NCBI GenBank assembly: GCA_018714405.1
Contig: DVNM01000028.1
Span: forward strand, 1,221 to 65,220
Direction: 5' to 3'
DNA length: 64,000 nucleotides
Origin: Candidatus Scybalenecus merdavium
GTDB lineage: Bacteria; Bacillota; Clostridia; Oscillospirales; Acutalibacteraceae
The notes under the pieces were generated by a model. The model had not been told where the DNA came from, did not search any database, and saw nothing but the letters and a program-made list of their open reading frames with translations. Below are positions 1-9,512 of the stretch, piece after piece (the stretch's first letter is position 1; each line of letters opens with the position of its first letter). The position numbers were made by a program, and so were the translations under genes.

Positions 1-944
1 GCATCTTCGACTTCAATTTCTTTCTTGAGCATTGACTGTACAGAGGGTGCACTACCGGACAAACCAAGCGTCTGTGCTTTGGGAACCGTATAAGCACTAA
101 GCGTCTCTGCGGCCGAGGCAGAAGCTTCTTCACCATATTCGGCTGTCACGCCGTCTGTCAATGGAGTAACGCGCAATATTTCCGGTGCGTATGTACCGTA
201 CAACAAAAGTGAATCGATAACTTCTTCCATCTCAGCATTTTCAAAAGAAATTCTCGTTCCGTCAACAGAAGTAACTTTGGCCATCAGACCATCCGGCAGC
301 GTTGCAGATGGAGACACTACTATGACCGTACCTGCCTCCGCCTGTATACCATGCAGCTCAGCGGTTTGTTTTTCATAATCGATTGCAATATCATTTTCAC
401 TGATTTCTAAAACACCGTCTTGATACTGAAGGTCATGATATTGTTCCAGCACAAGACCAGCCGCCAATTCTAATGAAGCATCCAGAATCTGCTGCGCCGT
501 TTTTGCCGTCAAGTCATCTGACATGTCAAGCTTCATATTCGTTTGCTGCAAAAAATAATCAGCAATTTCTTCAGCACTCTCTAAACTCGGTGCATCTTTT
601 GTTTTTTCAACTTTATCGAGCCCAACAGCCCGTACAGCTGTAACAATTGCAAACAGATTGGTAGCCGTAAGTTCCGGATAGAAACGGCTGGTTTTGTCAA
701 CAATCTCCCATTCGGCGCAGGACTGTATCTGCACAAAGTATTCACTTTGTGTTGAAACATCTGCAAATACCGGTGTGGTATTGTAACATTCATCCATATG
801 ATAAGCTTCCATCAGCATAGCGATCCATTCTTCACGAGTAAGCATATCCGACGCCTGTTCTTTGGAAGAAGCACATCCCGCCACACTAACAGCAAACAGC
901 GAAATGGTCAAAATAACCGCCATAAACCTTTTGATGAACTTCAT
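1..944 (-). CDS. putative lipoprotein, unknown family (partial; C-terminus lies beyond window edge)
   Basis: Hand translation shows the frame is open from ATG at 944 to at least position 481 (remaining bases to the window edge translated less carefully). It is absent from the ORF track because it has no in-window stop. The N-terminus MKFIKRFMAVILTISLFAVSVAGCASS is a signal peptide plus lipobox Cys. The region is visibly AT-rich compared with its neighbours. Confidence 0.6.
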   Translation of the reverse strand, partial: MKFIKRFMAVILTISLFAVSVAGCASSKEQASDMLTREEWIAMLMEAYHMDECYNTTPVFADVSTQSEYFVQIQSCAEWEIVDKTSRFYPELTATNLFAIVTAVRAVGLDKVEKTKDAPSLESAEEIADYFLQQTNMKLDMSDDLTAKTAQQILDASLELAAGLVLEQYHDLQYQDGVLEISENDIAIDYEKQTAELHGIQAEAGTVIVVSPSATLPDGLMAKVTSVDGTRISFENAEMEEVIDSLLLYGTYAPEILRVTPLTDGVTAEYGEEASASAAETLSAYTVPKAQTLGLSGSAPSVQSMLKKEIEVED

Positions 945-959
945 GATAATACCTGCTGT

Positions 960-989
960 TTCTACAAATTTCTACATTTTGATTCTACA
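960..989 (-). repeat. three direct heptamer repeats TGTAGAA (plus strand TTCTACA at 960-966, 970-976, 983-989), 16-45 nt upstream of the lipoprotein ATG
   Basis: The three exact copies were read directly, with start-to-start spacing of 10 and 13 nt. They lie in the AT-rich divergent region between the lipoprotein gene and the fuc operon. Confidence 0.6.
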
Positions 990-1219
990 GGATTCCATAA
1001 AAAAATTCTATATTCTGCCAGCATACACTCACATAAAAAGCTATACACTATACTCAAAAACCGTTCCAAAATATTTACATCATAAAAGGAATTTTCACAA
1101 ATTTGCAAAAAATGAAAATTATAACATTTTATTATGAGAATTTCTATAGGAAAATTCTATTGAATATATTATAATTAAAGATGGGAAGACCCTATTTATT
1201 TTTAGAAAGAAGGCGAACT

Positions 1220-1930
1220 ATGTCTGATATACAGGCAATCAAAGACCAGATCTGCGATGTGTGCCACAAGATGTGGCAGCTCGGCTGGGTAGCAGCGAAC
1301 GACGGCAACGTCAGCGCACGGCTGGACGACGGCCGGATCATCGCAACACCGACCGGCATCAGCAAATCTTTTATCACACCCGAAAAACTGATTTTACTTG
1401 ACGCAGCCGGCAATGTGCTGGAGGCGGCAGAGGGCTACCGCCCCTCGAGCGAGATCAAAATGCACCTGCGCTGTTATGACAAGCGCGACGACGTGATGAG
1501 CGTGATCCACGCGCATCCGCCGGGCGCCACCGGCTTTGCCGTTGCCCACAAGGCGATGGACATGTATAACATGATCGAAGACGTGACCGTGATCGGCTCT
1601 GTACCGCTGACGCCCTACGGCACACCCTCTACGACCGAAGTGCCGGACGCGATCGAGCCGTACCTGCAGGAGCACGACGTAATGTTGCTTGAAAACCACG
1701 GCGCACTGGCCGTTGGCAGCGACGTGATCACGGCATTTTACAGGATGGAAAGTCTGGAACTGTGGGCCAAGATCACGATCAACGCCGTGATCCTGGGCGG
1801 CAGCCACGACATCAGCCGTGAAAACATTCAAAAGCTGATCGACCTGCGCGGTTACTACCGTGTGACCGGACGCCACCCCGGCTACCAGGTCTATAACCCA
1901 GACGACGAAACCCTGCACAAGCCTGACTGA
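1220..1930 (+). CDS. fucA: class II aldolase, likely L-fuculose-1-phosphate aldolase
   Basis: This is the ORF 1181..1930, with the start moved to ATG 1220 (RBS AGAAGG 6 nt upstream). Class II aldolase/adducin-type motifs are present (ANDGNVSAR, VIHAHPP, LENHGA). It is the first gene of an aldolase-kinase-isomerase operon. Confidence 0.8.
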   Translation: MSDIQAIKDQICDVCHKMWQLGWVAANDGNVSARLDDGRIIATPTGISKSFITPEKLILLDAAGNVLEAAEGYRPSSEIKMHLRCYDKRDDVMSVIHAHPPGATGFAVAHKAMDMYNMIEDVTVIGSVPLTPYGTPSTTEVPDAIEPYLQEHDVMLLENHGALAVGSDVITAFYRMESLELWAKITINAVILGGSHDISRENIQKLIDLRGYYRVTGRHPGYQVYNPDDETLHKPD

Positions 1931-1964
1931 GCGGCGGCACGCACAAGCGAAAGGAGCACAGCCT

Positions 1965-3380
1965 ATGAAAACCGTTTTGGCGTTTGACTTCGGCGCATCG
2001 AGCGGGCGTGCCATCCGGGGCAGTTATGACGGGAAAAACATTTCCCTGGACGAGATACACCGCTTTGAAAACGTGCCTGTACAGGAAGACGGCGCCCTTT
2101 GCCACGATGTGGAAATGATGCTGCGCGAGATCCGAACCGCCTGCCGAAAATGCGGCAAGACCGACGCGCTGGCTTTTGACACCTGGGGCGTGGATTACGG
2201 CCTTTTAAACGAACGCGGCAAGCTGATCGCCCTGCCCCGCCACTACCGCGGCGTACAAACGCAAGCGGCTTTAGAAAAAGCGGAAGCATCCCTGGGGCGG
2301 CACACGCTTTACCGCGAGACCGGCTGCCAGGTCATGGGCATCAACACACTGTTCCAATTACTGAGCGACTGCAATGCCGCGCAGGCGGACACACTGCTTT
2401 TTATGCCCGATCTTTTCGGCTATTTTCTGACCGGCGAAAAGGTTTGCGAACGCTCGATCGCCTCCACGTCACAGATGCTGTCACCCGTCTCCAAAACATG
2501 GAGCGCCCCGGTGCTGGAAGCATGCGGCATTCGTACTTCCCTTTTGCCGCCGCTTGTAAACAGCGGCACAGTGCTGGGCAGCTACAAAGGCAGCAAGGTC
2601 ATCAGCGTAGCCGGGCATGACACACAGTGCGCCGTGGCTGCCATGCCCTGTAAAGAAAAGGAAAACGCCGCCTTTTTGTCCTGCGGCACATGGTCGCTGA
2701 TCGGCTGCGAACTGGACGAACCCGTTTTAACGCAGGAAAGCAGCCGCGCCGGCCTTTCCAACGAACTGGGTGCAAACGGAAAGATCAACTACTTAAAAAA
2801 CATCAGCGGTCTTTGGCTGATCCAGGAGGTTCGGCGCGACTTTGCCGCACAGGGGCGGAAATACACCTATAACGACCTGGAGCAGATGGCGCGTGCCAGC
2901 ACACCGTTTGCCTGCTTCATTGACCCGGACGACACTGCCCTGTCGCGCCCGGGCGGCCTGGCCGGCAAAATCTGTGCATACTGTGCAGCAACGCACCAGC
3001 CCGTTCCGGAAACGGACGGCACCGTTTTGCGCTGCATTTACGAAAGCCTTGCCCTGAAATACCGCTTTGCGCTGGAACAGATCGCAGACTGCACCGGCAA
3101 AAGCTTTGACGTGCTTTACATGCTCGGCGGCGGTACGAAAGACAAGTTTCTGTGCAGCCTGAGCGCCGACAGCCTGAACCTGCCCGTTCTGGCCGGACCG
3201 GCCGAGGCAACGGCACTCGGCAACATTCTGCTGCAGCTGTACACGCTCGGCGAATTTCAGAATATGCAGCAGGCACGGCAATTCCTGGCCGAAAGCCAGT
3301 CCACAACACCCTATTCCCCACACCACAGCGCACAGTGGGAAGAGGCGTACCAAAAATTCAAAAAAATTATACATACATAA
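1965..3380 (+). CDS. FGGY-family sugar kinase (rhamnulokinase / L-fuculokinase type)
   Basis: The 471-aa ORF has RBS AAGGAG. The N-terminus [11 protein letters not shown] is the rhamnulokinase-type phosphate-binding motif. It sits between the aldolase and fucI. Confidence 0.8.
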   Translation: MKTVLAFDFGASSGRAIRGSYDGKNISLDEIHRFENVPVQEDGALCHDVEMMLREIRTACRKCGKTDALAFDTWGVDYGLLNERGKLIALPRHYRGVQTQAALEKAEASLGRHTLYRETGCQVMGINTLFQLLSDCNAAQADTLLFMPDLFGYFLTGEKVCERSIASTSQMLSPVSKTWSAPVLEACGIRTSLLPPLVNSGTVLGSYKGSKVISVAGHDTQCAVAAMPCKEKENAAFLSCGTWSLIGCELDEPVLTQESSRAGLSNELGANGKINYLKNISGLWLIQEVRRDFAAQGRKYTYNDLEQMARASTPFACFIDPDDTALSRPGGLAGKICAYCAATHQPVPETDGTVLRCIYESLALKYRFALEQIADCTGKSFDVLYMLGGGTKDKFLCSLSADSLNLPVLAGPAEATALGNILLQLYTLGEFQNMQQARQFLAESQSTTPYSPHHSAQWEEAYQKFKKIIHT

Positions 3381-3394
3381 ACAGGAGGGAAAAT

Positions 3395-5179
3395 ATGCTT
3401 TACCCAAAAATCGGCATACGCCCCGTGATCGACGGCCGCTGGGGCGGCGTACGCGAAAGCCTTGAAAACCAGACGATGGCGCTTGCCAAGTCTGCGGCCG
3501 AACTGATTGAAAAGAACCTGAAATACCCGGACGGCACACCGCTGCAGTGCGTCATCAGCAACACGACGATCGGCGGCGGTGCGGAGGCTGCCAAATGTGC
3601 CGAACAGTTTTCAAAGGAAAACGTGGTGGCCACGCTGAGCGTTACGCCCTGCTGGTGCTACGGTTCAGAAACGTTTGACATGGACCCAAGCACCATTAAA
3701 GCCGTTTGGGGCTTCAACGGCACCGAACGTCCCGGCGCCGTTTACCTGGCCGCCGTAATGGCCGCCTATGCACAAAAAGGCCTGCCGGCCTTTTCGATCT
3801 ACGGCCGGGATGTGCAGGATATGAGCGACCATTCCGTGCCCGATGATGTGGCCGAAAAGATTTTGAAATTTGCGCGCTGTGCTGCTGCAGTGGGCTGGAT
3901 GAAGAATAAGGCCTACGTCAACGTGGGCGGCGTGGCCATGGGCATTGCCGGCAGCTACTGCAACGCGGACTTTTTCCAGAAATATCTGGGCATCCGTGCA
4001 GAATGGGTGGACATGTCGGAAATCATCCGCCGCATCACGCTGGAGATCTATGACCACGATGAATATGAAAAAGCACTTGCCTGGGTCAAAGAGAACTGCA
4101 AAGAAGGCTTTGACCTGAACGAGGGCAAGGACCTGCCCGAAATGATCCGCCGTTCCAAAGTCGTGCCGCCCGACAAAGACTGGGAATTCATTGCCAAAAT
4201 GACGCTCGTTGTGCGCGACATTCTTTACGGCAACAAAAAGCTCGACGAAATGGGCTGGCACGAGGAAGCGCTTGGCAAAAACGCCGTAGCCGGCGGCTTC
4301 CAGGGGCAGCGCCAGTGGACCGACTGGCTGCCGAACGCCGACTTTACGGAAGCGATCATGGCCTCCAGCTTTGACTGGAACGGCCCGAAAGCCCCCACAC
4401 CGTTCGCCACGGAAAACGACACCTTAAACGGTACAGCCATGCTGCTGGGCACGCTGGTTTCCTCCACAGCGCCGTGTTTCCATGACGTGCGCACCTACTG
4501 GAGCCCGGAAGCCTGCGAGCGCGTAACGGGCGTACGGCCGGACGGCATTGCACAAAACGGTTTCATCCACCTGATCAACTCCGGCGCGACGGCGCTGGAC
4601 GGCACCGGCGCCAGCAGAGCCGCCGACGGCAGCGCCTGCATGAAGCCGTTTTGGGAAATGACGCAGGATGACATAAAAGCCTGCCTGAACGCCACCGACT
4701 GGTGCCGCGCCAACTACGAATACTTCCGCGGCGGCGGCTTCTCCAGCCACTTCCGCTGCAGAGCCGAAATGCCGGTCACGATGCTGCGCGTCAACATTGT
4801 TGAAGGCATCGGCCCGGTACTGCAGATCGCAGAGGGTTACACGGCCGACCTGCCGGACGCCATCCATAACGTGATCGACAAGCGCACCGACCCGAGCTGG
4901 CCGACCACCTGGTTTGTGCCGAACCTGACGGGCAAAGGCGCCTTTAAAGACGTGTACTCTGTAATGGCCAACTGGGGCGCCAATCACGGCGTGACCGTCT
5001 ACGGCCATGTGGGTGCTGAGCTGATCACCCTGGCTTCCATGCTGCGCATTCCGGTGAACATGCACAACGTGCCGGAGGATAAGATCTTCCGTCCGCACGC
5101 CTGGGCAGCATTTGGTACCGAGGATACGCAGTCGGCAGACTTCCGCGCCTGCGCCGCCTACGGCCCGCTTTACAAATAA
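3395..5179 (+). CDS. fucI: L-fucose isomerase
   Basis: The track ORF 3152..5179 is trimmed to ATG 3395 (RBS AGGAGGG), giving 594 aa. The N-terminus [24 protein letters not shown] and the overall length are typical of FucI. Confidence 0.9.
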   Translation: MLYPKIGIRPVIDGRWGGVRESLENQTMALAKSAAELIEKNLKYPDGTPLQCVISNTTIGGGAEAAKCAEQFSKENVVATLSVTPCWCYGSETFDMDPSTIKAVWGFNGTERPGAVYLAAVMAAYAQKGLPAFSIYGRDVQDMSDHSVPDDVAEKILKFARCAAAVGWMKNKAYVNVGGVAMGIAGSYCNADFFQKYLGIRAEWVDMSEIIRRITLEIYDHDEYEKALAWVKENCKEGFDLNEGKDLPEMIRRSKVVPPDKDWEFIAKMTLVVRDILYGNKKLDEMGWHEEALGKNAVAGGFQGQRQWTDWLPNADFTEAIMASSFDWNGPKAPTPFATENDTLNGTAMLLGTLVSSTAPCFHDVRTYWSPEACERVTGVRPDGIAQNGFIHLINSGATALDGTGASRAADGSACMKPFWEMTQDDIKACLNATDWCRANYEYFRGGGFSSHFRCRAEMPVTMLRVNIVEGIGPVLQIAEGYTADLPDAIHNVIDKRTDPSWPTTWFVPNLTGKGAFKDVYSVMANWGANHGVTVYGHVGAELITLASMLRIPVNMHNVPEDKIFRPHAWAAFGTEDTQSADFRACAAYGPLYK

Positions 5180-5197
5180 CGTCTCTTCTACCGAAAA

Positions 5198-5226
5198 ATG
5201 CGGCCGAATCCCGGCCGCATTTTTAT
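5198..5226 (+). terminator. intrinsic terminator after fucI
   Basis: A perfect 9-bp stem (ATGCGGCCG / CGGCCGCAT) with a 5-nt loop is followed by TTTTAT. Confidence 0.8.
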
Positions 5227-5275
5227 ATATAATAAGAGCACCATGCTCTACTCAAGCCAATACGCAATTACAGCA

Positions 5276-5303
5276 TTGCTTATATCTGAGGTTATGCTAT
5301 AAT
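5276..5303 (+). promoter_or_regulatory. sigma-A type promoter for the dipeptidase gene
   Basis: TTGCTT, 16-nt spacer, TATAAT, with TGc upstream (extended -10). This implies a leader of about 125 nt before the ATG at 5432. Confidence 0.6.
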
Positions 5304-5431
5304 AAATAAATGAAACCCCAGCAAAACGGAAAATCATAGAGGTTTCACAGGGCACGGTATCGTCATGTATTGCAGGATAGTGTAGTACCGACATATCGGG
5401 TCGTATTAAAAATCTACGGAAGGAACACAAC

Positions 5432-6805
5432 ATGTACAGCACCGCTTTAAATGAAAAAATGGATCAGTTACAACCGCAGATCATTGCCGCCGTGCAGGAA
5501 GCTGTGCGCATTCCCAGTGTAAGGGAAAATGCGCAGCCCGGCGCGCCTTACGGAGCCGGCCCGAAGGCTGCCCTGGATCACGCGCTGCAGCTTGCCGAAA
5601 GCCTTGGCTTTAAGACCGGCTGCATGGACGGCCGCGTTGGCTGGGCAGAATACGGCAGCGGCAAAGAAATGGTGGGTGTGCTCGGCCACCTGGACGTGGT
5701 GCCGGCCGGAGAAGGCTGGACGGCTGACCCGTTTGGCGCCGAGATCATAGACGGCGTTTTATACGGCCGCGGTGTACTGGACGACAAAGGGCCGATCATT
5801 GGTGCGCTGTTTGCGCTAAAAGCCATCCGTGACCTGCAGATCCCCCTGCGCCGGCGCATCCGTGTGCTGTTTGGCACAGACGAGGAAAACGGCAGCAGCT
5901 GCATGCAGTATTATAATGCCCATGGCGGTGAGCAGCCGGCGCTTGGCTTTACACCGGACGCCGACTTTCCGCTGATCTACTGCGAAAAAGGCACGACAAA
6001 TGCCATTTTGGGCGGCCGCGTTACAGACAAAGGCGACATCACCGTGCTGGAAATGCGCGGCGGCACAGCGGCAAACATTGTGACACCCAGCTGCACTTTA
6101 AAGGCAGCAGGCAAACTGCAGGTCACCGAAACACCCGGCATTTGCGTTCGTTATGAAAACAGCTGCACCACCGTCACTGCCACCGGCAAAGGCGCGCATG
6201 GGTCTACACCGGAGCTTGGCGAAAACGCCGCCGTCAAACTGCTGCGCGCCGTAGAAAAAAACCGTTTCGGCGGTGATTTTCAGAAAATGGCCGATTTTAT
6301 CCTGCAAAAACTGGGGACAGACACATGCGGCCGCGGGCTTGGCATTTTTGACCACGATAACGAGACCGGCGATACGACCGTTAACCTGGGCATTGTACGG
6401 TACGACGGTAAAAAAATGGAGCTGACCCTGGACATCCGCCACCCAAAGACAACCGACCCGTCTCATGTAAAAAAGCAGATCCAGCAGGCAGCAGAAGTGT
6501 ACGGCCTGCCGGTGCAAAAGCTGTGGCAGGTGCCCATCCTGTATGTGCCCAAAACATCCCCGCTTGTAAAAACGCTGTTAAACGTATACACAAAGCAGAC
6601 CAAAGAGCATGCTGAACCGCTGGCGATCGGCGGCGGCACCTATGCCAAATGCTTTAAAAACATGGTTGCCTTTGGCCCGGTCTTTCCCGGTGAGAAAGAC
6701 GTGATCCACCAGCCGGATGAACATGTAGAAATCGAAAAACTGATGCGCGCCTGTCAAATCATTGCCGAGGCCATGGCGGCGCTGGCGCAACTCGAAAACA
6801 TCTGA
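5432..6805 (+). CDS. pepV: M20-family dipeptidase (PepV / Sapep type)
   Basis: The 457-aa ORF has RBS GGAAGGA. It carries the M20 metal-site motifs GHLDVVPAGEGW and GRGVLDDKGP, and its length is typical of PepV. Confidence 0.85.
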   Translation: MYSTALNEKMDQLQPQIIAAVQEAVRIPSVRENAQPGAPYGAGPKAALDHALQLAESLGFKTGCMDGRVGWAEYGSGKEMVGVLGHLDVVPAGEGWTADPFGAEIIDGVLYGRGVLDDKGPIIGALFALKAIRDLQIPLRRRIRVLFGTDEENGSSCMQYYNAHGGEQPALGFTPDADFPLIYCEKGTTNAILGGRVTDKGDITVLEMRGGTAANIVTPSCTLKAAGKLQVTETPGICVRYENSCTTVTATGKGAHGSTPELGENAAVKLLRAVEKNRFGGDFQKMADFILQKLGTDTCGRGLGIFDHDNETGDTTVNLGIVRYDGKKMELTLDIRHPKTTDPSHVKKQIQQAAEVYGLPVQKLWQVPILYVPKTSPLVKTLLNVYTKQTKEHAEPLAIGGGTYAKCFKNMVAFGPVFPGEKDVIHQPDEHVEIEKLMRACQIIAEAMAALAQLENI

Positions 6806-6848
6806 ACGTAAAGCAACGCACCTGTGGTCTATGTAGGCACAGTTTTTA

Positions 6849-6877
6849 TTGCATAAAAACAGGCGCCATGTTATAAT
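6849..6877 (+). promoter_or_regulatory. promoter for the GH18 lipoprotein gene
   Basis: TTGCAT, 17-nt spacer, TATAAT, with a TGt extended -10. Confidence 0.6.
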
Positions 6878-6921
6878 GAAACTGCCGTGCAGCGGTAAAA
6901 TCTGGAATATGAGAGGGTATT

Positions 6922-7977
6922 ATGAAAAAGCTAAGGAAATGGCTGGCACTTTGTCTGTGTGCAGCTGCTGTGATTGCCGCATTTGCCGGCTGTTCCAAAA
7001 CCGCAGAATCCACCCCGGTCGACATCAACGATTTCCGGGTCACTTCTTACATAACAGCCGATTCCATCGCCGACCCGGCTGCGCTTTGTGAAGCAGATTT
7101 CGACATTGTTACCGACATCATTTTATTTAGCTGCGCCACATTTGACGAGACGGGCGCTTTACAGGTGCAGACACAAATGATGGAGACCGCGCTTGAAAAC
7201 CTGCAGCCGATCCTGGCCAGCCGTGACATTCCGGTTTACCTGAATGTACTTGGCCCGGATCCCGACGGCACGTTTGACGACTGGAACGAACAAATGGCTG
7301 CCAAAGGCGAACTGCACAAGCAGGCTTTTGAAAGCGGCGTGCTGGAAGACAACATTATGAGCGTTGTGAACCAATATAACTTTGACGGCGTTTACTTTGA
7401 CTACGAATTCCCGATCGAACAGGAATACTGGGACGCGTACAATGCCTTTCTGGTTCGCATGAACAACAAACTGGGCGACAAGCTGCTGGGCATTGCCCTG
7501 CCCGACTGGGACATTAATCTTTCTGACGAAGCCATTGCCGCCGTGGACCGTATAGAGGCTATGCTTTACGACATTTATGACGATGACGGCCGCCACGCAA
7601 CTTACGAGCTGTGTACCGAGCTTTCCGAAAAATTTGCAAAAGCCGGCATTGACAAAGCCAAGGTAGACTTTGGCCTGCCGTTTTATGCCCGCCCGACCGA
7701 CAACGACGCCTATTGGTACGCCTGGCGTGATTACTGCGACCTGGCAGCCGACGACGGCGCCTATACGGACGAAACCATTGGCAAAACTTTTTATTTCAAC
7801 ACGCCCGATATTGTGACACAAAAGACGAACTATGCCATTGAAAATGGTTTTGGCGGCATGATGGTCTGGAACTATTCCTACGACCTGCCATCTACAGACG
7901 ACCGTTCCCTGCTGCGCGCTGTAGGAAATGCGATCGAAACCGCCAAAAGCAAGCAGACACAAAACACAGCACAGTAA
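6922..7977 (+). CDS. GH18-family glycosyl hydrolase lipoprotein (chitinase / endo-beta-N-acetylglucosaminidase-like)
   Basis: A signal peptide plus lipobox (AAFAGCS) is present. The GH18 catalytic motif DGVYFDYE (DxxDxDxE) and the distal GGMMVWNYSYD motif are both present. Confidence 0.8.
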   Translation: MKKLRKWLALCLCAAAVIAAFAGCSKTAESTPVDINDFRVTSYITADSIADPAALCEADFDIVTDIILFSCATFDETGALQVQTQMMETALENLQPILASRDIPVYLNVLGPDPDGTFDDWNEQMAAKGELHKQAFESGVLEDNIMSVVNQYNFDGVYFDYEFPIEQEYWDAYNAFLVRMNNKLGDKLLGIALPDWDINLSDEAIAAVDRIEAMLYDIYDDDGRHATYELCTELSEKFAKAGIDKAKVDFGLPFYARPTDNDAYWYAWRDYCDLAADDGAYTDETIGKTFYFNTPDIVTQKTNYAIENGFGGMMVWNYSYDLPSTDDRSLLRAVGNAIETAKSKQTQNTAQ

Positions 7978-7994
7978 AAGAATGGGAAACACAA

Positions 7995-8030
7995 AAAACG
8001 GCTGCCGGGTTATCCGGCGGCCGTTTGGCG
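7995..8030. terminator. bidirectional terminator between the convergent GH18 and permease genes
   Basis: A 12-bp stem (AACGGCTGCCGG / CCGGCGGCCGTT, one G-T pair) is flanked by an A-run upstream and a T-rich tail downstream. Confidence 0.7.
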
Positions 8031-8032
8031 TT

Positions 8033-9166
8033 TTACAACCGTATATTCTGCAAAAGAACGTACAATAAAAATAAAACGATTAAAAAACAGATATTCAATA
8101 TGGTGAACAACCAAAAATAGCACTTTTTCTGCTTTGGATAGGCTTGGATCACCATTTTATAGGAAATCAGGCTGGCCATAGAGGCGATCAAGGTGCCGAG
8201 GCCGCCGAAATTACAGCCAACGATCAATTTTTGCCACTGAGAAGTAAAGCCGGACAACAGCAAAGCAGCAGGCACATTACTGATAACCTGGCTGACAAGA
8301 ACCGAAACCACTTCCACACGGCCAGTCAAAACATCGCCCAGGAAATTTTGTACTTCTTCTATTTCCGTAAGATTTCCCACAAAAATAAAAAAAGCAAAAA
8401 AAGTACCCAGCAAAGAATAGTCGACCGAACGAAGAACCTTTCGGTCAAAACACAGCAAAGCAACCGCTACAGCTACAGCGATAAGCACAGACGGCAGAAT
8501 TTTAAATACGCCGAAAAGGCACATCAAAAATCCCGCAATATAACAAAGCAATGTCTTTTTACTGCCTGCTTGCGCAGTGAGAGAAACGCCGGAAATGCGG
8601 GTCGGCTTTATGCACAGAATCACCGCCGTCAAACAAACACCTGCCGCCAATACATAGGGAAACATCAGCGCACAAAACGCACCGAAACTCATTGCGGATC
8701 GATTGTACAAATAGAGATTCTGCGGATTTCCCATCGGTGTCAGCATGCTGCCCAGATTGGCCGCGATCGTCTGTAAAACGATCTGCGGCACCACAAGGCG
8801 TTCCTGTCCGGTCATCTGAAGCAGAGTCATGCCAAAAGGCACAAACACAATCAAAGCAACATCATTTGTGATCACCATACTGCACACAAACGGCAAAAAG
8901 ACAAACACAAACACCAATGCCCGCACAGTTTGAATCTTTTTCAACAAAAAGTTGGCCGCATGGACAAAGAAATTTGCCTTTTGCAAACCTTTCACGACGG
9001 CCATCAAACTGAACAGAAGTGCAAGCGTGTTCCAGTCGATATAGGAAACGTAAGCAATGCTGGGCGGAACGAGTAAACAGGACAAAAGTGCCAAAGCAAC
9101 AGAAAGGCACAAAACCGTTTCTTTTTTTAAAAAGGAAAAACATTTAGCTGCAAATTCCGATATCAT
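8033..9166 (-). CDS. ArsB/NhaD-superfamily anion permease (YbiR / citrate-transporter-like)
   Basis: The 377-aa protein is polytopic and hydrophobic. It carries the family motifs TNDVALIVFVP and ANLGSMLTPMGNPQNLYLY. The gene is visibly lower in GC than its neighbours. Confidence 0.7.
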   Translation of the reverse strand: MISEFAAKCFSFLKKETVLCLSVALALLSCLLVPPSIAYVSYIDWNTLALLFSLMAVVKGLQKANFFVHAANFLLKKIQTVRALVFVFVFLPFVCSMVITNDVALIVFVPFGMTLLQMTGQERLVVPQIVLQTIAANLGSMLTPMGNPQNLYLYNRSAMSFGAFCALMFPYVLAAGVCLTAVILCIKPTRISGVSLTAQAGSKKTLLCYIAGFLMCLFGVFKILPSVLIAVAVAVALLCFDRKVLRSVDYSLLGTFFAFFIFVGNLTEIEEVQNFLGDVLTGRVEVVSVLVSQVISNVPAALLLSGFTSQWQKLIVGCNFGGLGTLIASMASLISYKMVIQAYPKQKKCYFWLFTILNICFLIVLFLLYVLLQNIRL

Positions 9167-9278
9167 ATAACGGTACCCATTTCATCAAAATATTATAAAA
9201 GCCATAAATGCAGTCAGCCGGCTGTTACGCAAAGGCACAAGTACGCAGCTTTTTCAAAAAGCAGATAACAGACGCGAT

Positions 9279-9306
9279 AAAAAATCCCACTCTGTGAGTG
9301 GGATTT
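9279..9306 (-). terminator. terminator downstream of tRNA-fMet
   Basis: Hairpin AAATCCCACTC / GAGTGGGATTT, followed on the minus strand by a T-run. Confidence 0.75.
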
Positions 9307-9326
9307 GATCAAACCGCCAACGCGGT

Positions 9327-9402
<76 letters not shown>

Positions 9403-9442
9403 ATATGAAATTTGTGAGGAACGTTTCCTCGTTGTGGTATAT

Positions 9443-9470
9443 ATTATAGCACGAAATTTTCATTTGTCAA
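9443..9470 (-). promoter_or_regulatory. promoter of tRNA-fMet
   Basis: On the minus strand: TTGACA, 16-nt spacer, TATAAT, with a TGc extended -10. It lies about 40 nt upstream of the mature 5' end. Confidence 0.7.
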
Positions 9471-9471
9471 C

Positions 9472-9501
9472 AGGCAAAAAACAATTAGGCAAAAAACAAT
9501 T
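9472..9501. repeat. perfect tandem duplication, 2 x 15 nt (AGGCAAAAAACAATT), abutting the -35 of the tRNA promoter
   Basis: Read directly: copy 1 is 9472-9486 and copy 2 is 9487-9501. The unit contains an A6 tract, so it is in the position of an UP element. Confidence 0.8.
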
Positions 9502-9512
9502 CGTGCAAATTC

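Noticed and set aside
798-1137. ORFs 798..1085 and 862..1137 (+) and 581..793 (-) in the first kilobase.
   Set aside because: They overlap the hand-verified lipoprotein frame (944 down to the window edge) or the AT-rich promoter region. They have no RBS, and their peptides are low-complexity, rich in Lys, Asn, Ile and Phe.
945-1219. A catabolite-responsive element (cre) or an obvious FucR-type operator upstream of the fuc operon. Also cre-like TTGTAAAT repeats upstream of the GPH symporter at about 31850-31906.
   Set aside because: The best candidates (TGAAAATTATAACA; TGTAAATCGCTGTT) miss the central CG and the symmetric arms of the cre consensus. These matches are no better than chance in AT-rich DNA.
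3152-3394. N-terminal extensions in the ORF track. Examples: fucI from 3152, murT from 44796, recO from 55324, mraZ from 31712, FkbM from 58681, the histidine phosphatase from 11547, YaiI from 11420, and the hydrogenase, cupin and KH genes from GTG/TTG codons that overlap their own RBS.
   Set aside because: In each case an internal start is preceded by a good Shine-Dalgarno at 5-9 nt and gives the canonical family N-terminus. The upstream extension overlaps the preceding gene or promoter and has an atypical composition.
5304-5431. The roughly 125-nt leader of pepV as a possible riboswitch or T-box.
   Set aside because: It is too short for a T-box. It has no specifier or T-box sequence, no terminator/antiterminator pair and no T-run. 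I see only short generic helices (GAAACC/GGTTTC, CGGTA/TACCG), with no resemblance to riboswitch cores I know.
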